In this document: positions 1-9,562 of the stretch, piece after piece
Numbering within the stretch: the first letter of the stretch is position 1
How the letters are laid out: each line of letters begins with the position of its first letter
IMG/VR virus record: IMGVR_UViG_3300032237_000716
Span: 1-42,564 of that record
Origin: a virus
Lineage: Duplodnaviria > Caudoviricetes
Length of the DNA stretch: 42,564 nt
Strand: one strand, 5' to 3'
Notes under the pieces: model-generated
Database searches by the model: none
Told to the model about the DNA's origin: nothing
The model's input: the letters and a program-made list of their open reading frames with translations, nothing else
Made by a program: the position numbers and the translations under genes

Positions 1-123
1 ACCAGTCGCCGCGGGCCGTGATCGTGTTGCCACTGCTGGCAGCCCCAAGCAGCACCCCGCCTTGGTAGCCCGACTGGTAGGCGGACCATGCCTGGGTCGT
101 GGCCCTGATTGTGAACGGCAGCG
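1..123. repeat. 123-bp terminal direct repeat identical to 42442-42564; circular-assembly overlap
   Basis: accagtcgcc...gaacggcagcg occurs at both ends, and removing one copy restores a continuous reading frame for tail tubular protein B. Confidence 0.95.
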
Positions 124-2044
124 TCCAGGTCGTTGCCTGCGTCACAGAGTTGTAGACGCCAGCGGGCACTCGCATGGCAGCTGGGCTGGCGGTGGTGGTG
201 CTGACCCAGCGATCGAGCAGCAGCGGGTACGGCGCCGCGGCGACCGACTGCCGATCGAGCACCGGCATTTTTTCAAGGAACACCTCCCCGCCGCGCTGGA
301 CCAGGAGGTACAGCGTTTCCTGGATCGCCACGATCGACAGGATGCTGTCCGCCCCGGGGAGGTCCCAGTAGCTCCAGCTGGATTGGGCCCGCTGCACCCC
401 GTTGCCGCTGTTTCGATAGAAGTATTTGTACGTGTAGATCCTGTTTGTGTAGCCGGTTTTGCTGCTGATGCAATACAACGAATTACCCGTATCGTTTGCC
501 GCAAGCTGGAAAACCCCGGATGGGATATAGCTGCTTACATGGTCGGTAATGCTTTCGGCATCGCCGACCAGCGCAGTGCCGGCGCCGCGCACAGAGAACT
601 GCCGCAGCTGGCTCCAGTCCCCATTCGACTGGCAGAACACGACCCCACCACCCATCTGGATTGGCCGTACCCCTGTGTCGATTTCGTATCCCGTTAAGAT
701 CGTGATTGCATCCGTTGTTGGCGTGAGTGAGGTATCAGTTGCATAGGATCTGAACTGATAATCATCACTGAACAACAGCATTTCGCCCTGGAACGGCACT
801 GCATACCGCAGCACGCTGACCCTGGAGCTGGTGGCGGTCTTGTCGATCGGGTCCGAATCGAGCACCGTCGTCACGGTCTCCGGGAAGAACGCGAAAAAAT
901 CCCTGGCCCGGCTAAAAATGCGCTTCTCGTCCGCCAGGATCCCCAGCCGGCCCCGGTGCACGAAGATGTCGCTCACGCTTTGGCCCACGAAGCTCGGGTC
1001 CGGCGCTGATTCGAGGTCGCCGGCTGTCCTCTGCCCCCACGTCGGCAGGGTGAGGCCCGTCAGCGCGGCACCGTTGAGCGGCCCGAAATACCACGTCCCG
1101 GCGGGCAGCCGGACCAGCACCTGCGGCATGGTGGTGGGATCGAGCTTGTACTGCACCCCCGGCGCCACGGTCTCTTCCCATGCGCCCTCGCCGAAGGTGC
1201 TGGCGCCAGTGCGCGGCAAGAACTTCACGTAGTAGCCATCGAAGTTGCTCGATGGGTCGCCCGTCACCTCAACCTGATACCCCGTCGGCGCAATCGTCGG
1301 CAGGCTTGTGAATGACTGCACCGAACTGGTAATCGCGGTGATGTCCGCGTTGGCCCTGGCATCGGTGGCGCTGATCGTGATCGTGCTCGAACTGGTGAAA
1401 TGCAACACCGAACCGGCCTGAGCGATCGAGACGCCGGAGACTCCTGCCAGGGCCGTTTTGATCTGGGTGGCGATGTCCGCCGTGCTGATTGCCGTCCCGG
1501 CTGTGGTCGTGGTCGTCACCGTGGCCAGGGTGCCGTTCAGGTTCACCTTGTAGGACTGGCCGTAATTGGCGGCCCGGACCCACACCAGGGCCTCGTTGGT
1601 CGCCGGCCTGGCCACAGCGGGGGCCAGCGCCGAGTCCATCGCCACCACCTTCAGCGCGCTGGCCACGAAGGTAAAGTCCGCCACGGTGCCGCATCGGATC
1701 TGCCGCTTCGCATCCGTCACGCCAGAGAGATAGCCGTATCCACTGGGGGCGCTGACGGTTTGCGCCACCCCATCCAGATCGAACACCTTCACGGCGCTGT
1801 TGCTGATCACCGCCAGGTATCGCTCGGTGCGATCGCGCAAGATCGCATGAACGAACACATCTCCCAGGCTGGTGGCGCTCACCTTGGCCAGGGTCTGGGT
1901 CGGATCCCGTTTGCGCAGACCCTCCGCGCTGCTGCTGACTCCGTTGACCTGAAGCTCCGCCTGGGTGGGATCCCGCTGGGCGTCCGGCTGCTGGCTGACC
2001 CCCTGGATCAGGTTCGGGATCATGGACGTGAAAAGCTCAGCCAT
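1..2044 (-). CDS. Tail tubular protein B (T7 gp12-like), 5' part; continues across the circular join into 42441-42044 (813 aa total)
   Basis: ATG at 2044 overlaps the gp11-like stop. The N-terminus MAELFTSMIPNLIQGVSQQPD is typical of gp12. 2044+398 nt = 814 codons, in frame with the 42044 ORF. Confidence 0.93.
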   Translation of the reverse strand, partial: MAELFTSMIPNLIQGVSQQPDAQRDPTQAELQVNGVSSSAEGLRKRDPTQTLAKVSATSLGDVFVHAILRDRTERYLAVISNSAVKVFDLDGVAQTVSAPSGYGYLSGVTDAKRQIRCGTVADFTFVASALKVVAMDSALAPAVARPATNEALVWVRAANYGQSYKVNLNGTLATVTTTTTAGTAISTADIATQIKTALAGVSGVSIAQAGSVLHFTSSSTITISATDARANADITAITSSVQSFTSLPTIAPTGYQVEVTGDPSSNFDGYYVKFLPRTGASTFGEGAWEETVAPGVQYKLDPTTMPQVLVRLPAGTWYFGPLNGAALTGLTLPTWGQRTAGDLESAPDPSFVGQSVSDIFVHRGRLGILADEKRIFSRARDFFAFFPETVTTVLDSDPIDKTATSSRVSVLRYAVPFQGEMLLFSDDYQFRSYATDTSLTPTTDAITILTGYEIDTGVRPIQMGGGVVFCQSNGDWSQLRQFSVRGAGTALVGDAESITDHVSSYIPSGVFQLAANDTGNSLYCISSKTGYTNRIYTYKYFYRNSGNGVQRAQSSWSYWDLPGADSILSIVAIQETLYLLVQRGGEVFLEKMPVLDRQSVAAAPYPLLLDRWVSTTTASPAAMRVPAGVYNSVTQATTWTLPFTIRATTQAWSAYQSGYQGGVLLGAASSGNTITARGDW

Positions 2045-2703
2045 CAGTCGAATGCGCTCCGGCTGTTGCGGCCCGCCAGCCCAGCAGCGGGGTTGAAGGT
2101 GCCAAACGGCAGCACCCCGCGTTGGCCGCTCAGGCTGTTGGGTTGGAGCTGCTGCAGCTCGTTCCGGTCCAGCTCGGCCCTGGCCATCATCAGATCCTGC
2201 TGGGTGTAGCGCTCGATCGAATCCGACCCCAGGAACCGGTTGGCAAAGGCCCGGGCGCCCAGGATGCTGATGTAACGGTTGTAGGCCTCTGGGCAGTCGT
2301 CCCAGGGCAGCATCCACACCACATCGGCGGTGAGCTGCGTGACGGCTGCACCCGTCAAGACGTAGGTGCGGTTCGTCCGGTCGTAGACCCGCTGCCCCCG
2401 GAGGATGAATCGCCCATCCCACTGGAATGGATCGGGGGCAAAGCGGGTGAGGTTCGGCGGCACGGTGATGGTCCCGTCCGTGGCCACGGGGAAGGGATAG
2501 TCCTGCTCCGAGTTCCAGCTCCAGCCCCTGGTCTGCTCCTGCTTGTGAAACTCCAGCAGGGTCCTCTCGGCGATGCTGGATTCGGTCATCACCGGATCAT
2601 CGAGGCCGTTGACCGGGGCCTCGCCAATCACTCCCAGCAGGATGTTGACGGCATCCAAGAGCGTGGTGCGGCCTGGCGTTGCCGACTGGTTGGCCAGGCC
2701 CAT
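2044..2703 (-). CDS. Tail tubular protein A (T7 gp11-like)
   Basis: TLLDAVNILLGVIGEAPV and RGWSWNSE motifs; lies after the capsid gene; probable start MGLANQ at 2703. Confidence 0.92.
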   Translation of the reverse strand: MGLANQSATPGRTTLLDAVNILLGVIGEAPVNGLDDPVMTESSIAERTLLEFHKQEQTRGWSWNSEQDYPFPVATDGTITVPPNLTRFAPDPFQWDGRFILRGQRVYDRTNRTYVLTGAAVTQLTADVVWMLPWDDCPEAYNRYISILGARAFANRFLGSDSIERYTQQDLMMARAELDRNELQQLQPNSLSGQRGVLPFGTFNPAAGLAGRNSRSAFD

Positions 2704-2745
2704 GAGCGATCCAGCGCTGTAGAGCACATGCTATCGGCTGCCATG

Positions 2746-2772
2746 AAAAAGACCCCCGGGGGGCCGGGGGCC
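2746..2772 (-). terminator. Rho-independent terminator after the capsid gene (T-phi equivalent)
   Basis: Minus strand reads GGCCCCCGG-cccc-CCGGGGGTC followed by TTTTT. Confidence 0.85.
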
Positions 2773-2793
2773 AAGTGATCCGCTAGGCAAGGC

Positions 2794-3819
2794 TTAGGGG
2801 ATCACGATCGCCGCAGCGCATTCATCCCGCAGCCGGCCGATGCCGATCGACTGCGTGGCCACAGCCAGGGTGGCCTGATACTGGATGTTGAAGTCGCCGT
2901 CGGGACTGGTCAGCTGGAGCTTTGGGGCTCGCAGTGTGAGCATGCCGACAGCCTCCTTGCTGAAAATCAGGCCCTTGCACTTGGATAGGTCCTGGGCATA
3001 GTCGCTGTTCTTGTCGTAGGTGTTCAAGGTGTAGGAGGGCTGCACCACATGGTTGGACCACGAGATAGGCACCCCCTTCACACGGAACACCAAGCCGTTG
3101 GCCACGGTGCCGTTGGTCGGGCCGCTTGCGCTGTTGTTGTAGTCCGCGTTGATCGTGCGGCTTCCCTCGTTCAGGTAGTCATACTCCTCGGGCGGGAGGA
3201 CACAGACCAGAGTGCTGGGGTCCACATCCTTCTTCCTGAACTGGGTCACGATGTCGCCAATGGCGCTCACCAATTCATCACCCTTGCTCTGCTTCGATGC
3301 CGCCGCATAGCCGGCAGTCAGCGTTTTCTTGTAGCCAGTTCGGCCAGTGTTGATGGAGCGGGTGAGGGGTTCAGTGCTGTTGCTGGCTCCGGCGTAGATG
3401 ATGCGGGCGATGCGCTTGTCGGTCTCCCAGGCCAGGGCGATGCCCAGCTGCTCGAAGAACTCGGAAGCCACATCGGCATAGCTCATCAGCTGATCAAGGT
3501 CGAAGATTGCCTGGTCGGCAGCCATGAGGCCATCGACGGCGATGTTCTTGACGTTGATGTCACTAGGGGAGTTGCTGGACAAACCGCCAAGCAACGGCAC
3601 ACCGGGCGTCACGTAGGAGGCAGCGGCGCGACCGGTCACCTGGAAGTCGAAGGACTTCCCGCCCTTGATATTCCTGGACTTCACCAGGTTCTTGAAGACC
3701 GTGTTGCGCTTCAGCGCGTTCAGGATCTCGGATTGTCCCAGCTTCTGGAACACGGTATCGACCGCGCCCGCCCCCTGGATCTGGCCAAGTCTGGCCAGCA
3801 AGGCATCATTAACCGCCAT
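2794..3819 (-). CDS. Major capsid protein (T7 gp10-like)
   Basis: 341 aa; RNIKGGKSFDFQVTGR, IAVDGL and GIGRLRDECA motifs; lies between scaffold and tail tube genes. Confidence 0.95.
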   Translation of the reverse strand: MAVNDALLARLGQIQGAGAVDTVFQKLGQSEILNALKRNTVFKNLVKSRNIKGGKSFDFQVTGRAAASYVTPGVPLLGGLSSNSPSDINVKNIAVDGLMAADQAIFDLDQLMSYADVASEFFEQLGIALAWETDKRIARIIYAGASNSTEPLTRSINTGRTGYKKTLTAGYAAASKQSKGDELVSAIGDIVTQFRKKDVDPSTLVCVLPPEEYDYLNEGSRTINADYNNSASGPTNGTVANGLVFRVKGVPISWSNHVVQPSYTLNTYDKNSDYAQDLSKCKGLIFSKEAVGMLTLRAPKLQLTSPDGDFNIQYQATLAVATQSIGIGRLRDECAAAIVIP

Positions 3820-3974
3820 GGCTGCAAAAAGCGTTTGGGTTGTTTGCCCGTGGCTTCTTGCAACCTGTGTTCAGCGATTCCCCCGTAGAGGGCCAAACGA
3901 TGCAGAGACGCTGTAGCTGTAGCGGCTGACTTGACCGGTGCGATGCGCGCTAACCCCTCCCGCAGGGAGGCTAG

Positions 3975-3992
3975 TGCTACACAGGTGTAGCA
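3975..3992. promoter_or_regulatory. Palindromic operator-like box TGCTACAC-AG-GTGTAGCA, the best copy of the genome-wide TVCA-N4-TGBA motif
   Basis: Perfect 8-bp inverted arms in the capsid gene leader; related boxes occur at about 11 other gene starts. Confidence 0.6.
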
Positions 3993-4015
3993 GACGCTGC
4001 GCTGACTTTACATCT

Positions 4016-5041
4016 TCAGGACCAATCCGGCGAGTTGGCGATTGCGAGCCTCACTCGTTTGGCGTAAGCGGGGTCCACGTGCATCAGCCGCTCACCGTTG
4101 GCGTTGCGTCGATCGACGGCCGCGTTCTGCTGTTCGATCGAGGCGAACCGCATCGGGGGCTGGCCTCGTCCGCCGCTGGCCAGTCGTGGCTCGCTGCGCG
4201 TCCGTGGTGCGCTTTCGGCGGCTGCCGCTCTTGCCTGGATTGCCTTCACCGCGAAGGCGGCCAGCCCCCTGTTGCCGGAGTCGATCGCCGCGTTGTATCC
4301 GGCCAGCTCACCTTCGCTCAGGTTGGCAAGGGCCCAGCCGCTCAACGCACGAAACTTGTCGTCGCCGCCGACCAATTGCCGAATCGCCGCGCCATCCTCC
4401 GGGCTCAGCTGGGGAGCTGCGGCCGGGATCGAGGCCCTGATCCCATCGAGGTAGGTCTGCACCACGGTCTTGGGCAGGCCAGCCTTGGTGGCCAGCGCAT
4501 CCACCTGCTTGCTCACGTCGCCCCCTGCCCGCAGGGTGGCATCGAACTGCAGGGGGTTCACCTCAGCGGCGGTGAACAGGCCGGCCAGGGCATCGCCGTA
4601 CAGCGCCTTACCCAGCTCGGGGGTGTAGGCCTCCGGGGGGAGCGTGTTCCCGGCGGTGGGCGCCTTGGCCTTGGCCTCTGCCAGTGCGATCACCTCCTTC
4701 AGCGACTTGCCCCGGTACTCCTCCGGGATCTCGTCGTCGGCGGCCTGGTTGTCGTCGGTGGCGTCGGCGCTGTCATCCGCTGGGCTCAGCAGATCGGCTA
4801 GCGGGTCGTCGGCGTCCTCGCCCTCGGCCGGCGCTGGGGTGGTGGGTCGCCGGGGAGGGGTGGCCTGCTTCTGCTCCGCTCGCTCCTCGGCCGCCAGCAT
4901 GCGATCGAGGGGGTGAGACATATCCCAGGCCTCGCGGGTCGGCTGGCTGCCTTCCGCCTCGATTTCATCCAGCACGGCGGTGAGGCGATCCTCCTCGCCT
5001 GGGCGGACCAGGTTGAGAAGCTGTTCTTGGGTGGTGCTCAT
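4016..5041 (-). CDS. Capsid scaffolding protein (T7 gp9-like)
   Basis: Acidic N-terminus; GGDDKFRALSGWALANLS and DPAYAKRV motifs; lies between portal and capsid genes. Confidence 0.9.
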   Translation of the reverse strand: MSTTQEQLLNLVRPGEEDRLTAVLDEIEAEGSQPTREAWDMSHPLDRMLAAEERAEQKQATPPRRPTTPAPAEGEDADDPLADLLSPADDSADATDDNQAADDEIPEEYRGKSLKEVIALAEAKAKAPTAGNTLPPEAYTPELGKALYGDALAGLFTAAEVNPLQFDATLRAGGDVSKQVDALATKAGLPKTVVQTYLDGIRASIPAAAPQLSPEDGAAIRQLVGGDDKFRALSGWALANLSEGELAGYNAAIDSGNRGLAAFAVKAIQARAAAAESAPRTRSEPRLASGGRGQPPMRFASIEQQNAAVDRRNANGERLMHVDPAYAKRVRLAIANSPDWS

Positions 5042-5052
5042 GGCTCAGTGGG

Positions 5053-6735
5053 TTATTGAGGGGGCGGGGATTCGCCCGGGTTCTGTTGCATCTGCTGGGC
5101 CGTAGCCGCGGCGGTGGCCAGCTTTGCCGGGTCCGCCATGGGAGATCGCATCAGCTGCTCCCCTTGCGCCGCCTGTTGCTGCTGGGCCTTGATCTCGCTG
5201 ACCTTCCGCTCGGGCAGCACCAGGTCGATCGCCTCGATCCCCAGGCCGTTGCTCAGCCTGGTGATGGCATCGCTCACATCGACTCGGGCCGCCACCTCCT
5301 GGGGGCCCACGATCTTGGCCAAAGTGTCCAGGCCCTGGAAGAATCGCAGCATCTTGTCCAGGTCGTTGCCCCGGCCAACCGCTGCCAGGCCGACACTCAC
5401 CACCGGCTTCACCAGATCCTTGGGGAGCTTGATCTCCCCCTGGTGGGTCAGGACATGCAGTTTGCGGGTGATGTAGGGGTTCTGGAACTCGGTCGCAAGG
5501 ATGCTGTAGATGCCGACCTGCCCCTCATCCATCTGCAACGCCACCATCCGAATCTCCTCGGCAGTGGTCCGCTCCGAATCCCGGACGTTTGACATCATGA
5601 ATGCCCGCTTCAGGGAGGCCTCTACCTTGGCCAGGCGGGCTTCTGCTACGACGAGGCCCTGCCCCCTGCGGCCATCAGATCCCAGCTCCCTCACATCGTC
5701 TGGGTGGCCAACCACATAGCCGCCGTTGCGGCAGGCCACCAGATCCTTGATGCTGGTGGCCCCGCCAGGGCGGACCACATTCTTGCTTTCGGCCGCGATC
5801 ATTGCCCCCTCGGTCACGGCCTGGCTGAGGGATTCGGCGGTCTGCAGCGCGGCCAGGCAGCGGGCCTCGATGTAGCCAGGCCCGTAGTCACAGTTATCGA
5901 TCCTTGTGGCCCGCAGCGGCATCCACGGGGATATTCCCAGATCGACTTCGTGCTCCTGCCCATCGATCTCCTCTCCCCTGCATTCCTGGCACCAGTGGAC
6001 CTTCCCTTTGGCGTAATCCCACTTCACCCTGGTGTAAACCCTGATTACCTCCTCCTCGTCCATCACCTTGGCGGCGGCCAGCGGATCGGGGCTGTCGTCT
6101 TCGCTCTCTTCGTCATCGAGCAAGCCCAGGTGCTCGGCCACCACCTTCGGCAGGCTGTCCTCGGTGAAGCTCTCGCAGATCACTGCCTCCAGCGGCCGGC
6201 CCATCGGGTCTCGCTTCAGCACGTAGCGGTTCAGGTGGAAACACTGGAGCCCGTCCTCCTCGTCGTCGTAGAGGAGGACGTTGCCGGGGCCCACCAGATG
6301 AACCATGGCCTCCAGTACCACCGCTCGATCGGCCGTGCTGTTGATCTCGCGCAGCACCGATTGCTCCAGGGCCAGCAGGCTGCGGTCGAACTCCACCAGG
6401 GTCTTGGCGATGTCCTCCTCCGCCGTTCCGGCCTGTCGGGCATCATTGATCAGGGTGGCCCGCTGCCGCTCGTCAATCGTGTACTTGAAGAAGGTTTCGG
6501 AGGCCGGCATGATCGCCAGCAACCAGCAGCTCGCCAGGTGCTGGTGACCTTCGGCGCCAATGTCGTTGTACGGCAGGGGATAGGTTTCGGGCTGGCCCTG
6601 GTCCGGGTCGTTGACGGCCGGCACCAGCCAGGGCAGCGTCAGCCGGCAGGCCCTTCGAGCCCGCGCCAGCCAGCGGTCACGATGGGACCGGAGCTTCTCG
6701 TAGCGCTGTTCGGCCGGGCCTTGCGTCGTGTCCAT
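5053..6735 (-). CDS. Head-tail connector/portal (T7 gp8-like)
   Basis: 560 aa; RLTLPWL, YVLKRDPMG, RDSERTTAEEIR and GLAAVGRGND motifs. Confidence 0.95.
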   Translation of the reverse strand: MDTTQGPAEQRYEKLRSHRDRWLARARRACRLTLPWLVPAVNDPDQGQPETYPLPYNDIGAEGHQHLASCWLLAIMPASETFFKYTIDERQRATLINDARQAGTAEEDIAKTLVEFDRSLLALEQSVLREINSTADRAVVLEAMVHLVGPGNVLLYDDEEDGLQCFHLNRYVLKRDPMGRPLEAVICESFTEDSLPKVVAEHLGLLDDEESEDDSPDPLAAAKVMDEEEVIRVYTRVKWDYAKGKVHWCQECRGEEIDGQEHEVDLGISPWMPLRATRIDNCDYGPGYIEARCLAALQTAESLSQAVTEGAMIAAESKNVVRPGGATSIKDLVACRNGGYVVGHPDDVRELGSDGRRGQGLVVAEARLAKVEASLKRAFMMSNVRDSERTTAEEIRMVALQMDEGQVGIYSILATEFQNPYITRKLHVLTHQGEIKLPKDLVKPVVSVGLAAVGRGNDLDKMLRFFQGLDTLAKIVGPQEVAARVDVSDAITRLSNGLGIEAIDLVLPERKVSEIKAQQQQAAQGEQLMRSPMADPAKLATAAATAQQMQQNPGESPPPQ

Positions 6736-6736
6736 T

Positions 6737-7141
6737 TCAGGTTCCGATGTTGAGCCCAGCCCCGGCTGCCGTCACGGCACCAACTGGAGCGATGGCCAGG
6801 CCGGCGGCCTGTTTCTTCTTTGGCTTGATCGGCTCGGTCGTCAGGGCCAACCCCGGGGGAGGCGCGGCTTGGCTGGTGGCAGTGGCGTAGGGCCCGGCCT
6901 GTGCCGAAATGGCATCGGCCGCCAAGGCTGCCGTCTGCTCTGCCAGTGATGCCCTTGCTCGATCGGCATCCGCATTGGCCGCGGCGATCTGCTGGTCCAG
7001 CTGGGACTGCATCCGCTGGTTGGCCTCCTCGGATTGCCGCCTGGCCATCTCCATCTGCTGGTTCTGTGCGTCGATCTGGGCCTGGCTGGGGCCCTGGTAG
7101 ACGACTTGCGGTGCACGCGATCTACTTCCACCTGTGCACAT
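6737..7141 (-). CDS. Small virion/tail assembly protein (gp6.7/gp7.3-like)
   Basis: MC.GG start, Q/A-rich, GAGLNI end; lies directly upstream of portal. Confidence 0.7.
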   Translation of the reverse strand: MCTGGSRSRAPQVVYQGPSQAQIDAQNQQMEMARRQSEEANQRMQSQLDQQIAAANADADRARASLAEQTAALAADAISAQAGPYATATSQAAPPPGLALTTEPIKPKKKQAAGLAIAPVGAVTAAGAGLNIGT

Positions 7142-7143
7142 GA

Positions 7144-7551
7144 TCAGTTCCCCATGGTGATGTTGAGGCCGGCGCCGAGGGCGGCGGCAGTTGTTCCGGC
7201 TGCTTGATCAATTCGCAGGGCCTGCTTCCCGGTCGGCCGCTTCTCGCCGGTGCGATCGGAGCCGATCACCGGGGCCGCAGCCGGCTTCTCGGGCGGCGGT
7301 GCGCCAACCAGTGCCGCCAGCCGGGCCGCCTGCGCGGTCGTGTTGTTGGCGCGAGCCGTGGCAACCGCTTGCTCCTGGGTCTGCAGCGCAGTCCGCTCGC
7401 GCACCAGGGCATCCAGCTGGCTCTGCTTTGTCAGCACATCGGGTCTCTGCATCTGCTGCATCAGTGCCAGCTGCTGACTGGCGAGCGCGTCGTAGGCCCT
7501 GGTGTCGGGCGCGTAGATGGTGGCCCTGGATCCCCCGCCGCCCACACACAT
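7144..7551 (-). CDS. Small virion/tail assembly protein (gp6.7/gp7.3-like), probable paralogue of 6737-7141
   Basis: MCVGGGG start; GKQALRID...GAGLNI end. Confidence 0.7.
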   Translation of the reverse strand: MCVGGGGSRATIYAPDTRAYDALASQQLALMQQMQRPDVLTKQSQLDALVRERTALQTQEQAVATARANNTTAQAARLAALVGAPPPEKPAAAPVIGSDRTGEKRPTGKQALRIDQAAGTTAAALGAGLNITMGN

Positions 7552-7554
7552 GGA

Positions 7555-7764
7555 TCAGCCCCTCCCGGTGTCGAAGGAGGGCGGGTAGACCGTGGGGTCG
7601 TCCGAATTGTTGGTCAGCAGCTCAGATCGGAGCCAACGCACCACCTGAACCGCACCGATTTGCTGCTGGATCTCTTTGTCCGTGGCCTCCGGGTGCGGGG
7701 CGATGTCGGGCCATAGCGCCATCGCCTTTTCGACCAGCTCCTCTGCGTTGACGGGCTTCAGCAT
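7555..7764 (-). CDS. Small hypothetical protein (gp6.5-like position)
   Basis: 69 aa with IGAVQVVRWLR; tightly packed between neighbours. Confidence 0.65.
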   Translation of the reverse strand: MLKPVNAEELVEKAMALWPDIAPHPEATDKEIQQQIGAVQVVRWLRSELLTNNSDDPTVYPPSFDTGRG

Positions 7765-7790
7765 TACAGGGCTGTAGAACTTGCCCCATG

Positions 7791-8549
7791 CTACGGGGTG
7801 CCGTCAGGTGGAGACCACAGGATTGGCAGTTCTCGATCCTCGTCATATTCGCCAGATCGAAGAATGCGGGCCAGCCGCACTTGGGTGATGGCATCCTTGC
7901 GAGTCAGGCCGGCCTTATCGAAAGCCTTCAGCACGGCCGCCCACATCGCTGCGGCATCGGGCTGTCCGGCCAGGATGCCCTCCGCCTTGACCTTGCCGAT
8001 GCCAGGGCAGCCGGGGTAGTTGTCCGTGGTGTCCCCGATCAGCGCCTGCGAGAACACATTCAGATCGGCCTGATGCTCGGAAACCTCCATTAACTCCGTG
8101 CCTCGAAGGTGCCGGCCGGGAATCCCCAACAGGTCTTTGTCCTCGCTCACGATCACATCACCAGGGCGGCAGAGGATGCCCATCACATCGTCGGCCTCGA
8201 CCTCGGCCAGCATGGCGATGTTCCATCCCCGCACCTCTCCGGCGGCGATCACCCACTGGATCAGCTGGCTGTAGCCGGCCGGCTTGCGGCTGGCCTTGCG
8301 GTTCGCCTTGTAGGCGCCGAAAAGGCCGTAGCGGAAGCTGGCGGCAGTGCCGAGGCACAAATGCAGCTGGTGGTCGGGCAGCGCATCACGGACGGATGCA
8401 AGGAAGTCCTGGAAACGGGCCTTGGCTTCGCCGTGGCGGCACGCATAGGTCCAGTCATCCGGTGCCCACTCGATCTCGTATTCGGACACGGCGGTGCAGC
8501 GGCGGAGATAGAGCTCCGCATCCACCAAAGCCCTGGGTTGGTCGGTCAC
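7791..8549 (-). CDS. 5'-3' exonuclease (T7 gp6-like)
   Basis: ALVDAE, FRY..FGAYKANR, EADDVMG, SEDKDL and GDTTDNYPGCPGIG motifs; GTG start at 8549 preceded by GGAGGT. Confidence 0.93.
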   Translation of the reverse strand: MTDQPRALVDAELYLRRCTAVSEYEIEWAPDDWTYACRHGEAKARFQDFLASVRDALPDHQLHLCLGTAASFRYGLFGAYKANRKASRKPAGYSQLIQWVIAAGEVRGWNIAMLAEVEADDVMGILCRPGDVIVSEDKDLLGIPGRHLRGTELMEVSEHQADLNVFSQALIGDTTDNYPGCPGIGKVKAEGILAGQPDAAAMWAAVLKAFDKAGLTRKDAITQVRLARILRSGEYDEDRELPILWSPPDGTP

Positions 8550-8830
8550 GACGCCACCTCCGCCGGCACCGGGCGACCCCGCAGCCAGTCCTGAACACGC
8601 TGCAGCGCGTCGGGCGGGACGAATTGGGAGCGGAACGGAAGCCAGCGCGATCCGTCCCATTCGCCATCGGGCATCCATGCGGCGCATTGGTCCAGAAACT
8701 TCCGCCTGCTGTTGTGACGCTCAAACGTCACAAGCCACTGCCCCCTGCAGGGCCCAAGCCCAGGCCGGGCAGTCACGAGGATGCGGCCCATGCCGATCTT
8801 TTCATTCAGGATTGTGTAGGTATCAGGCAT
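8546..8830 (-). CDS. Hypothetical protein
   Basis: ATG at 8830 (MPDTYTIL), overlapping neighbouring start and stop codons. Confidence 0.6.
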   Translation of the reverse strand: MPDTYTILNEKIGMGRILVTARPGLGPCRGQWLVTFERHNSRRKFLDQCAAWMPDGEWDGSRWLPFRSQFVPPDALQRVQDWLRGRPVPAEVAS

Positions 8831-9051
8831 CAGAGGACGGGGGTGTCGTTGTTGTGGCGGTTCCGGTATGCCTCCAGGTCGCGGAAGAACATATCGGCGA
8901 AGCGTGGATGAGCGTCCAGAAAATCCCACGTGGGCAGAGTGAACTCGGCGTGCGGTGGCAGGTCGTGGTTGAACTGTTCGACCGACCAATACCCAGCGAG
9001 CAATCCGCGCTGCAGGATGTTTCGGATCTGGTCTTTAGGCAGCAGAGGCAT
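8830..9051 (-). CDS. Hypothetical protein
   Basis: ATG at 9051 (MPLLPKDQIRNILQRGL), coupled to neighbours. Confidence 0.6.
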   Translation of the reverse strand: MPLLPKDQIRNILQRGLLAGYWSVEQFNHDLPPHAEFTLPTWDFLDAHPRFADMFFRDLEAYRNRHNNDTPVL

Positions 9052-9562
9052 TGGACCCCTGCCGCTGCTGTCCCTCCTGCAGATACTCGACCCAGTCCTG
9101 CCGTGAAAGGCTCTGGGAATCCGAAGCGGCAGCCGGCAGCAGGCGCTGCCCGTCGCCGCCGGCTGCCACCAGGCTGTAGGCGGCGGGATTCTCGGCGCCA
9201 TCCGGCGGGGGCGAGGCCAGCCCCGACGGCAGCATGGCCAGCTGCTGCCGCGTTGGCTGGAGCGATCGAGGCAGGTCTTCTTTAAATCCCCACGCTCGAT
9301 TCGGCACTCCCGAATGGCACCGATAGAGCGGCACCATCAGCTGCCGCCATGTCGGGAACCGCAGGAACTCACCGGTGGCTCCTTGGATCCAGCGCTCGCA
9401 AGCCCAGAGGAACTGCGGTGTGCTGACCTCCGGGAAGTCAGTGCTGAATGACACAAACTTCAGCTTGAAATCCTCGGTGCTCCAAGTTGCGTCTGCCCTG
9501 GTCCTGATGTGGCGCTCGATCATGCGGCAGCCACGGGTGAAGGCCTCCGGGTCAAGCAGCAT
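9035..9562 (-). CDS. Putative helicase loader (lambda P / SPP1 G39P-like)
   Basis: Helical N-domain ending FLWACERWI...RFPTWRQL; immediately downstream of an initiator-like gene. Confidence 0.45.
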   Translation of the reverse strand: MLLDPEAFTRGCRMIERHIRTRADATWSTEDFKLKFVSFSTDFPEVSTPQFLWACERWIQGATGEFLRFPTWRQLMVPLYRCHSGVPNRAWGFKEDLPRSLQPTRQQLAMLPSGLASPPPDGAENPAAYSLVAAGGDGQRLLPAAASDSQSLSRQDWVEYLQEGQQRQGSNASAA

